In this document: positions 56,058 through 64,000 of the stretch, piece by piece
Numbering within the stretch: position 1 is the first letter of the stretch
Layout of the letters: each line of letters starts with the position of its first letter
Source: a phage
Assembly: GCA_026066175.1 (NCBI GenBank)
Contig: GCA_026066175.1_4721.1
Reading direction: 5' to 3' (one strand)
DNA: 64,000 nucleotides
Notes under the pieces: model-generated
Seen by the model: only the letters and a program-made list of their open reading frames with translations
Database searches by the model: none
Told to the model about the DNA's origin: nothing
Translations under genes and position numbers: made by a program

Positions 56058-57296
56058 ATGTCTTCTATTTTACAGGTGTTTAATGCGCATGCGGAAGGCA
56101 TTGACATCGACGAGTATTTTGTTAATCAGGTTATCCGTTACGCAACACGCTTCCGTACGCAAGACCAAGAACACATGCGTTTTTTCGGTGGGGTTTTATT
56201 AGGCGTACAGAAAATCCGATTCACAACAAGACATAACGATATGTGGTTTTCCGACGTCTTGATGATGGATGAAGAAAGCTTACGACGCGATTTAAGTAAA
56301 CTGCCCTTTTACAACACGCAAACCAACCGTGTTGCGTCAAATGCGTTTAACCTTAGCTGCTGTTGGTTGCTTCATGCGATTTTCCACAGCAAACAGATCA
56401 AAAAAGAAAAGGTTCGTGAAGCCGGGATGCTTGCAGCAATGCAAGTCCTTCATTATAAATTCATTTGTGGCCTGGTGGCACGCCGTTATCCGTACAACGC
56501 TGATCCAGCGATTGCTATTAAGGCGTATGATGAGTTGACCCTCAAATCAGGCATCAAGCGCATGAACAGCTGGAACGAGTATATCGATGAACGCTGTAAT
56601 GCTATCATCGCACGTAATAGCACCCACTTCAGTCGTTGGTCGACCTTAGAACCGGATAGCGTTGCTGAGCGTTTCGTACGTGACGTGAATACCGGGATTC
56701 GTAAAGTAATCAACCGTATCACCGACACCTATTACGCGATGTATGAAGAAGGTAAGAAAATCGGCACGTCATCACAAACCGTAGAATTAGATGACGGTCT
56801 CGCTGTTCGCGACATTAAACGTAACGAAACCACCTACCGGCAATACCTGTTCGAAATCGCTTATGACCGAACAAGTTTCGTTAAACGCGAACTAATGGTG
56901 GTTATCCTCGACGTGCATCATACAACCAACCTCCTGTCTCTTGAACGCGCATTAAGCTATATCAGCGCTAATGTAGAACGTCCAACGAAAGACGGAAAAC
57001 AGGTCTCTCAAATGCTGCGGCTTGTAATGGAACATGCGATCGAATACATCATCTTGAATAAAGTCGATATGCGTGACTTAACGTTCTTATTCTACATGCG
57101 TAACGTCTACACGTCTAACCGTACCAGCAACCCGAAACTGTTAGAACTTCGTAAGATCGGCTCTGAAGTCATTAAGAAAGCAACCAACGCAAGAAACGAT
57201 GCTGAAGCAGCAGCAACCCGCACCGGGGTCTTTCTGTATATCCTGCTTCGTGTGTTTAGCCGTAATTACTATGTTCGTCGTGCGATGTCTCGGTAA
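56058..57296 (+). CDS. Hypothetical protein (about 412 aa)
   Basis: Two ATGs at 56052 and 56058; the second has better spacing from GAGGGAG. Confidence 0.45.
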   Translation: MSSILQVFNAHAEGIDIDEYFVNQVIRYATRFRTQDQEHMRFFGGVLLGVQKIRFTTRHNDMWFSDVLMMDEESLRRDLSKLPFYNTQTNRVASNAFNLSCCWLLHAIFHSKQIKKEKVREAGMLAAMQVLHYKFICGLVARRYPYNADPAIAIKAYDELTLKSGIKRMNSWNEYIDERCNAIIARNSTHFSRWSTLEPDSVAERFVRDVNTGIRKVINRITDTYYAMYEEGKKIGTSSQTVELDDGLAVRDIKRNETTYRQYLFEIAYDRTSFVKRELMVVILDVHHTTNLLSLERALSYISANVERPTKDGKQVSQMLRLVMEHAIEYIILNKVDMRDLTFLFYMRNVYTSNRTSNPKLLELRKIGSEVIKKATNARNDAEAAATRTGVFLYILLRVFSRNYYVRRAMSR

Positions 57297-57435
57297 AGTT
57301 TTACTGCTGTTGGTTATTATTTGAAGCATAGGGCTTCACCCAGGAGTACCATCCCTTTAAGCCATTTGTCCTCTCCTGGTTAACTGTCGTTCTCTCACAG
57401 TGCTCGACAGACCAAAAATGCTCAGGCCCCATAGT

Positions 57436-57464
57436 CCTCCTCTGGGAATGGAACCCAGAGGAGG
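57436..57464. terminator. GC-rich hairpin (cctcctctggg / cccagaggagg)
   Basis: Eleven-bp stem downstream of the plus-strand gene. Confidence 0.5.
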
Positions 57465-57484
57465 CTATGTTTATTATGCTGTCT

Positions 57485-57805
57485 TTAAAACTCAATTCGA
57501 CCTTTTGTGGTAAATAATACACCTCTTTGCCAACAGAAAAGATCCTCCGATTGCGCACATACACGAATACCGGCATCGAACAAATGTTTTGTTCTGGCGC
57601 TTAAACAATCTGAATCTTCTACGTACAACAGAAGACGTTGACATTTATTCTGAATGCGTTCAACAAGAATGTTCTTATCGCTTAAAATAGAATGCGCGTT
57701 ATCCGTTAAGTTATCGTCTGTTTCCAGCTGTTTAACAAGTTTGATTAAAATACGTAATTGCTCGAGTGTGTCATGATCAAGTGAATCGCCCATGGCGTAC
57801 CTCAA
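57485..57805 (-). CDS. Hypothetical protein (106 aa)
   Basis: ORF on the gene strand. Confidence 0.35.
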   Translation of the reverse strand: MRYAMGDSLDHDTLEQLRILIKLVKQLETDDNLTDNAHSILSDKNILVERIQNKCQRLLLYVEDSDCLSARTKHLFDAGIRVCAQSEDLFCWQRGVLFTTKGRIEF

Positions 57806-57835
57806 CGTTATACGTCGTTCGTATTATAATACTTA

Positions 57836-57863
57836 GACTCCCCATCGGAATTAACGGGGAGTC
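57836..57863. terminator. Hairpin (gactcccc / ggggagtc)
   Basis: Immediately downstream of the terminase gene stop. Confidence 0.45.
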
Positions 57864-57875
57864 TGCAAATCGTGC

Positions 57876-60107
57876 TTAGAAAAAACCTCCCGGACGATAT
57901 TGTCCCATCGTCATCCACGCGTTACGAGAAATATTCCGTTCGTTTGAGGAGCGGCTTATTTGACGATACGTGTTCGCGCGTTCTTCCCTTGCTTTCGTGA
58001 TCATCGCGTCAATAGAAACAGACGCTGAATCCTCCCCACGTATCTTCCCTTTATACGTAAGAAGCTCTGCCTCCAAACGATCCAAAATGAGGCCGTTGGT
58101 TTCGGTTTTGAGCAGCTCATAGATTTCAGCAACACGTTGACGTAACTTCGCCTGCTGTTGGTTCAGATACGCTTCGTAGGGGTCTATTTCACCGGTCACC
58201 GATGCCGGTAAACGACTCATGACTTTAAGGGGATCGATACCATAATGGATCTGTTTCTTAGCACGCTTAATGAACCACATCGCCAACATCCACGCAAAGG
58301 TCATGTCGTCGTGCATTCCATCCTGGTGGTCGACACGTCCGTCTTTAATCACCAAGCCGAGAATCTCAGAACACAGCATCTTGTCGCGTAATTGTCCACG
58401 CGTTTCTACAATACCTTCCATCAAGATGTCGGAATATAATTCCATACGTTTGCGCGCATCCGTGGTGAAACCCAGATGCTTCTTACGTTGTGCGTACCAG
58501 CTTTCATCACGCATGCTTAACGGTAATTTCAAGTCTTCAAACATCGCCGGGTTGTCAGCATGTCTGTCCACAATGGTGTTATAGACACGTTTGAATACAT
58601 CGATACCCGCTTGTCTTAGGAACTCCTCGATCGCGTCTAACAGCATAATCGCACTGCTTTTACGTTCAGGAATCAACGTCACATTTTTATATCGCATCAG
58701 GAAGTTCGCTATCCAGCGCGCAAATGAAAGCAAGCTTAACTTATTAAAACGACCTGTCGCCACAACCTCTGCTGTTTCCACGTCAACCATGACCAGACCG
58801 ATAGCATCTCGACCAATCGCATCACTGGTATCCAAACCCGCAACCACCTTATTGTTCTGCATGTAGGTTTCGATCTGACCTCGAGGGATATACCAGTTAA
58901 CGCAGTAGCCTTCAGGTGAAATCTCAATGTGGTCGATTTCACGTTGTCCCGCCATGATCATTTCAACCATCTCAGCGGTTAACGGGCTTTCTGCTGAACC
59001 GTTGGTCCAGATGTTCATGTAGTCGCGGTCTTTCTGGAGTTTGTCACCTTCCGTTTCGTTCATGGTTTTCGCTAACCATTCATCACTGAATCCCAGCTGG
59101 GCATGGTTCCATTGCGCACCAATCCTGACGGTCGCCTTGCTAAGTTCGCACGGTACATTGTTCAATACCGTTTGATGTAAATGTTTTTCGTTACGGCAAT
59201 CAAAGAAACTTTCAGAGAACGGCGCTGAACGCATGAAAACTTCATACGCCCATTTTCCTTCACGTTTATCCAATTCCCCAGCCGTTGTTGTGTAGATGAT
59301 ACTGGTTAAGTCACCGTTACTTAACGCTTCATCACGTGCCGCACCCATCGCACCGATACCGGCAGGAACAATGATTTCAATGTATTTCGTAAACGCGGTT
59401 TCGTCGCTATGGAATATCGGGGTGGTTAGACCACGGCCGATGTTCGTGGCTTGTTTCTTATCCGAACGCGGAATCTTCACCGAAAGCTTGTTCTTAAAAC
59501 GTGTGTAGGTGACGTTTTCTTTGTTCGATGAGTCACGGCTATCCAGCGTCCAGAGATACGCCGGTAACAGATCACGGATACTACGCACGTCTTCTACTGT
59601 TTTCGTACGCGCATCACCGTCTTTTGTTAGCTGGATGACTTCGGTGTTACGACTGCGTACATACGTCAGATAGCAAAACAAACCTAACATGGTCATGGAT
59701 TTACCAGTCTGACGTATCTGTATCTGATACCAGTTCGTTCGTGTGAATATCCCCCACAGCATCGGAATATTACCGCGGTTAGCACGGAATGAGATTTTGT
59801 TGTCACCCGCTTTTGCTGGGACACGCATCACTTCACGGAAGAAGTACCATGGATTGAGGTAACATTCTGCACTGATCATCTGAATCTGTTCAGACGTCAA
59901 ATTCGGCGCATGAGGATCCACACCAATCAATCTTGGATTCAACAACGCCATGAAGAACGCGGAGTTACGAACGCCGAATTCACGACGGTATAAAATCGCT
60001 AAATCACGCCAACTTGTGTTTGTTGTTTCCCAGTGCGGAACCGCTTGAGGAAAATAATCCCAATCCTCCTCAAACAGAATGATTTTCTTCGGATCAACAA
60101 TCGACAT
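57876..60107 (-). CDS. terL: Terminase large subunit
   Basis: Walker A-like IQIRQTGKSMTMLG in the N-terminal ATPase region and an acidic DHQDGMHDDMTFAW segment in the C-terminal nuclease-like region; size 743 aa. Confidence 0.55.
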   Translation of the reverse strand: MSIVDPKKIILFEEDWDYFPQAVPHWETTNTSWRDLAILYRREFGVRNSAFFMALLNPRLIGVDPHAPNLTSEQIQMISAECYLNPWYFFREVMRVPAKAGDNKISFRANRGNIPMLWGIFTRTNWYQIQIRQTGKSMTMLGLFCYLTYVRSRNTEVIQLTKDGDARTKTVEDVRSIRDLLPAYLWTLDSRDSSNKENVTYTRFKNKLSVKIPRSDKKQATNIGRGLTTPIFHSDETAFTKYIEIIVPAGIGAMGAARDEALSNGDLTSIIYTTTAGELDKREGKWAYEVFMRSAPFSESFFDCRNEKHLHQTVLNNVPCELSKATVRIGAQWNHAQLGFSDEWLAKTMNETEGDKLQKDRDYMNIWTNGSAESPLTAEMVEMIMAGQREIDHIEISPEGYCVNWYIPRGQIETYMQNNKVVAGLDTSDAIGRDAIGLVMVDVETAEVVATGRFNKLSLLSFARWIANFLMRYKNVTLIPERKSSAIMLLDAIEEFLRQAGIDVFKRVYNTIVDRHADNPAMFEDLKLPLSMRDESWYAQRKKHLGFTTDARKRMELYSDILMEGIVETRGQLRDKMLCSEILGLVIKDGRVDHQDGMHDDMTFAWMLAMWFIKRAKKQIHYGIDPLKVMSRLPASVTGEIDPYEAYLNQQQAKLRQRVAEIYELLKTETNGLILDRLEAELLTYKGKIRGEDSASVSIDAMITKAREERANTYRQISRSSNERNISRNAWMTMGQYRPGGFF

Positions 60108-60119
60108 ATAAACTCCTCC

Positions 60120-60146
60120 GATGGAGGGTGCCGAGCACCCTCCATC
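60120..60146. terminator. Strong hairpin (gatggagggtgc / gcaccctccatc)
   Basis: Twelve-bp stem between 60158..61897 and the terminase gene. Confidence 0.5.
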
Positions 60147-60157
60147 GTTGTATTACC

Positions 60158-61897
60158 TTATGCGACTTTACTAATAACGACGGCAGTGATACCGAGATGG
60201 AGGTCAACGCCGTTCTGTACTTTAATCCAGCGGATATACAGGTTAGCGTTATCCTGTCCCGTACCACCTGGGACGTTATTGTTCTTATTCCATTGTGAGA
60301 TTTCGAAACGTTTCTGCACGTTAGGGCCAACCATGATTTCAAAGTGGGTTGGTTCTGGTGCTTTCGATTCCGTCTTCTCAAGATAAAGCGGATGGGTTGA
60401 GTAGTAAAGCTGATTCAACCATTCACCCAGGTCTGAGTGTTTGTTCGTCAAGTCAACGTACGCGTTACCGGCAACGTCGTAAGAGAACAACGCTTTCGTA
60501 TTACGGCCGTATACATCCGTTGTTGTTGGGGTGGTCTGCGAACTGAAGGTAACTGTCCAGTAATCACCGGATGTTGCCGAACCGGCTTGCAGCAACGTCA
60601 TGCGAATCGTCTGTGTATGACGTACACGTTTGTAAACGGTAGGGTCGACTTCATCCAGCCAGATGTTGTACGCAAACTCTTGAGGTTGTCCGTATTTCTT
60701 CGGACTGAACTCAGGACTGTTCAACGCTAATTGGACTTTGTCGGTGACGTTGTAATACCGTTCACGGTCAACGTTATACAGCCAGAACACCAGCTCGTAA
60801 CCCACAGCGTCAGATACCCATTGCGGATAACAGAACAGCTTAACGCTATACGCGCCCTTCGCTTCTTTCGAAACGACGGTGTATGGAACACTGATGTGTT
60901 TCACTGCACCTGGTAATGCGTAGGAGGTATCTTCATCATCATCCAGGTAGTAGTGCAGCGCCAGTGGGTGTTTGCTGTTAATGACCTGAGACGTGAAGAC
61001 GTTAAGACCATCCAACACAACCTTGTTCCCGGTAACAGGCCAGTACTTGATAGAACCGTCGCTGTACGTGACTTCTGCCTGAAGGTCGACGGAGTCCAAG
61101 TTGACGTTGATTGGTAGCTCAAGGAGTTTGGAATCGCTGCTGCTAAGCCAGGTCGATTTCAGTCGTACTCCGTCTTCCAGGATGTACTTAATACCTTGGT
61201 CTGGTGTACGGACATAATCAGTAATACGAACGATCATGCGTTTCATCGACAACGGTTGTGGACCATCACCGTAACCGACCACCATCACTTGTTCGAAGTC
61301 TTCTACAGGTTTAATGCAGTAGCCTTCACGGGGTGCCCAGATGGCTTTGTTCGTTCCGTCTTTATAAGCGATAAGCTGACAGGGAATAAAATCGCTGATC
61401 TTATTACCGCTATTGTCATACATCGCACTGATGATTTCGCCGTTAGCGCTGATATCAGAACCACGGAAGACCGCAATACGTCGAATATCCGAACCGTGTA
61501 GATGGAAACGACGGTCAATGTTCATCGTTGCTGGAATGGTGTTCGTATTAATCAATACCCGCCAGGTATCGTACGACCAGGTTGGATCGATCCCTTCAAA
61601 GGTCGTTGTTTCATCACCTTGACCATCGAAGGGTGCTGACAATTGACCGATGAGCTTAAGGGTACTCAGTTTCGTTCTGTCATCAACAGCGATAACCCGG
61701 TACACCGCGTTGGTGTCCCAGTCTTCAACTTTATCATCCACGTTGGGAACATAAAGCTTCCAGTCTTCTTCAACACCATTGTAGATCTCTTTATACGCAT
61801 ATGTGGTATAGCGTCTGTCGAGATCCTGAATAGCGAGTTTATCCGGATGCTGTTGTGCGTAAAGCACCGGATTGGTAATCTCTCTTCCCATTATCAC
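60158..61897 (-). CDS. Hypothetical protein (579 aa), possibly virion-associated
   Basis: Long ORF adjacent to the terminase gene; ATGA overlap with the upstream gene. Confidence 0.4.
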   Translation of the reverse strand: MIMGREITNPVLYAQQHPDKLAIQDLDRRYTTYAYKEIYNGVEEDWKLYVPNVDDKVEDWDTNAVYRVIAVDDRTKLSTLKLIGQLSAPFDGQGDETTTFEGIDPTWSYDTWRVLINTNTIPATMNIDRRFHLHGSDIRRIAVFRGSDISANGEIISAMYDNSGNKISDFIPCQLIAYKDGTNKAIWAPREGYCIKPVEDFEQVMVVGYGDGPQPLSMKRMIVRITDYVRTPDQGIKYILEDGVRLKSTWLSSSDSKLLELPINVNLDSVDLQAEVTYSDGSIKYWPVTGNKVVLDGLNVFTSQVINSKHPLALHYYLDDDEDTSYALPGAVKHISVPYTVVSKEAKGAYSVKLFCYPQWVSDAVGYELVFWLYNVDRERYYNVTDKVQLALNSPEFSPKKYGQPQEFAYNIWLDEVDPTVYKRVRHTQTIRMTLLQAGSATSGDYWTVTFSSQTTPTTTDVYGRNTKALFSYDVAGNAYVDLTNKHSDLGEWLNQLYYSTHPLYLEKTESKAPEPTHFEIMVGPNVQKRFEISQWNKNNNVPGGTGQDNANLYIRWIKVQNGVDLHLGITAVVISKVA

Positions 61898-63987
61898 TCA
61901 CCTTTGATTGTGTAAAACTTCGTGAAGTCCACGCGATCTTTCAAGAACTCACGACTGACACGTTCTAAGAACCGCAACTGTTTAACTGTTACTTCAAGCG
62001 GTCTCCAACTGTCGTGTGGATGAATAGAAACCATCCGCCAATCGTAATTGCGTAACGCAGGATCGTAATCATAGAACCATTTATACGGTTTCATGAAGTC
62101 CATCAACTTAACGTCCTGCATATCGGGATCGGGATCGATAACACCGTTGATAAGATCGTACGTTACCGCCATCAGCGTTGGACTGATCAGCTGATATTTG
62201 TTTTCGATCGTGACCGGCGTATCGTACTTCACGCGAGGGAAATACAATGACATATAGTCTTCAACGCGTTTGTCGGTTTCAAGACTTTTGTCGCGTAGAT
62301 AATACGTGTCTGTGTTCACGAGACCACGGATAGGGGCAATAACATGGTAAATCGCATAAGGCACCCCATCGTTGACTTTGATGTCGGCAGGGTATTGCGT
62401 GTCCTCTGCGGTAACCACTTCGCTACGATCGTAAATACGTCCACCAACCACAATACGAACAACATGGTCGTCACGAACATTAAACACGTCGTCGTAAGAA
62501 AGCTGATTATGCATCGTCCAACCGGTATCGTAAACGGTTTCACCGGTTAAGTCCGTACGTGGGAAACCGGTGCATCTCACGGTAACCGTGTGCGTGTTCC
62601 CTTCACTGAAATACCGTTTCGCGTTGATCATGATCGTTGGCCATTTTACGATATAATCGATATCGCGTACCAAGCTGTAGCTTTTGGTTGCTCGCTCGTC
62701 ACCTAACCATACTTCGATTTGACCAGGTTCGAAAGGCAGCGGATATTCAACATCAATACCCGTCGTAACATCCAACCATACGGTGTGGTTACGATGTTGT
62801 ATTGTGGTCTTATACGCTAAGAAGTAGGTGTCGAACAATACCAACCCGGTTTGTTTTCTTCCATCCAACGACCACTTAATCACACCGCTCTCTTCCGTTA
62901 CCACTGAAGCATCGTCGGTAACATCCTTCCATGTGTTTGCGACAGGTTGTCCGTTACGAAGATTGACGCTATAGCAACGATAGCTTGCCCATTCACGAAC
63001 AGGTACGTCGGCAACACCCTTCACGTAATCAAGCGTTCTTCCGCCGACGCCTGAACGACCCTCAACATACGACGTTGTTGGGTATTGCGGATAGAAATAG
63101 CGTCCAGCAGGATGTTGGGTAATCCCTAATAAAAGACCGCTACTGTCATATTCGAAGAACGTTGCGTTTGCACGCAGCCCCCACGGGACTTCAGCAGCCG
63201 GTGTACCCATATCGTCGGTAACACGTTGTGGGCTATCCGCAACCAGTTTCGCCATCGCGTTATACCCGTAAGCAGAAGTCACCATGTCGATCGTGATATT
63301 GCTTTCCTTATTACGCATGATGCGTGTATAATTGCTGGCTTCAAGTGTGCGTGCAAAGAACTCGGGTATATTCGCGTTCTGTTCTAACATCGCACCGACA
63401 ATGACATCGTCAGGAAGTTTATACAACTCGTGGATGCGATTATGCTCGAAGGTCAAATGCGTTTTCAAGCCGCTATCACGGACAATAACTTCCAACGTTA
63501 AATCGCGAAGTGATTCAGCACCATCAGCACGTTCAACGAAATAGCTGACGTAATCAACAGGAATCCCGTAATCACGATGCGTAAGCATGCGGATACTATT
63601 TTCCTGGTTGGTGTGGTAGTAACGTCCTTTTCCGTTAGGGCCTTTCACGTAAATATCGACATCATCACGATACTGAATCTTAATATCTTTCTCATCTTTC
63701 GGTGGATGAATCAGATACTTCACTTTCTTGTCCAGATCGCTGTTATACGTTTTAAGGTCTTCGACACGGAAACTGTAACGATGGACAACCGTACCGTCGT
63801 AAACGACCTGAATGCTATCACCGATCTTAAAACTTGACGGCGGGATATCTTCAACCGCTTCACCGTTGATGCTACAATGCGTCCAACCGATTCCGGTTTC
63901 CTGGATCTTTTTACGCCATGCGTATAGCTGACGTTGCCACTGCAGAACCTGTGTGGAACTCGTCACGATACCGCCCAGGATATGCAC
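61894..63987 (-). CDS. Hypothetical protein (at least 697 aa), possibly virion-associated
   Basis: Long ORF; the reading frame may continue beyond the window end, so the true start may lie outside. Confidence 0.4.
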   Translation of the reverse strand: MHILGGIVTSSTQVLQWQRQLYAWRKKIQETGIGWTHCSINGEAVEDIPPSSFKIGDSIQVVYDGTVVHRYSFRVEDLKTYNSDLDKKVKYLIHPPKDEKDIKIQYRDDVDIYVKGPNGKGRYYHTNQENSIRMLTHRDYGIPVDYVSYFVERADGAESLRDLTLEVIVRDSGLKTHLTFEHNRIHELYKLPDDVIVGAMLEQNANIPEFFARTLEASNYTRIMRNKESNITIDMVTSAYGYNAMAKLVADSPQRVTDDMGTPAAEVPWGLRANATFFEYDSSGLLLGITQHPAGRYFYPQYPTTSYVEGRSGVGGRTLDYVKGVADVPVREWASYRCYSVNLRNGQPVANTWKDVTDDASVVTEESGVIKWSLDGRKQTGLVLFDTYFLAYKTTIQHRNHTVWLDVTTGIDVEYPLPFEPGQIEVWLGDERATKSYSLVRDIDYIVKWPTIMINAKRYFSEGNTHTVTVRCTGFPRTDLTGETVYDTGWTMHNQLSYDDVFNVRDDHVVRIVVGGRIYDRSEVVTAEDTQYPADIKVNDGVPYAIYHVIAPIRGLVNTDTYYLRDKSLETDKRVEDYMSLYFPRVKYDTPVTIENKYQLISPTLMAVTYDLINGVIDPDPDMQDVKLMDFMKPYKWFYDYDPALRNYDWRMVSIHPHDSWRPLEVTVKQLRFLERVSREFLKDRVDFTKFYTIKGE

Positions 63988-64000
63988 TTCACGACCCGTC

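Noticed and set aside
1-64000. CRISPR arrays and tRNA genes
   Set aside because: No direct-repeat/spacer periodicity and no tRNA-like sequence (no GTTCGAATCC-type T-arm with a CCA-proximal acceptor) seen in any intergenic region. Only a by-eye scan, so small RNAs could have been missed.

Overview
This window reads as a densely packed segment of a jumbo, nucleus-forming (phiKZ-like / Chimalliviridae-type) phage, probably of an enterobacterial host. Nearly all genes are on the minus strand, closely spaced or overlapping by 4 nt (ATGA), and separated by a stereotyped family of GC-rich hairpins. Recognisable products are thymidylate synthase (truncated at the window start), a DEDDh exonuclease-domain protein, two metallophosphoesterases, an HD-domain protein, a SNF2-type helicase, a DExH helicase, a multisubunit RNA polymerase beta-like protein, an RNA polymerase beta-prime N-terminal protein, a chimallin-like candidate, a PhuZ-like tubulin and a large terminase subunit. 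The headline observation is that the beta-prime gene is interrupted exactly at the catalytic NADFDGD motif by two tandem group I introns flanking a 19-nt mini-exon; the proposed splice junctions restore a single in-frame 496-codon ORF. The second strongest is an intein-like insertion in the P-loop of the DExH helicase. A conserved TATATTAC-containing motif sits upstream of four minus-strand genes, including the chimallin candidate. All calls are from reading the sequence and ORF translations; no database search was run. The ORF track calls GTG/TTG as starts and often runs through upstream hairpins, so several starts were trimmed to the first ATG with a Shine-Dalgarno; hairpin and motif coordinates are approximate to a few nt.
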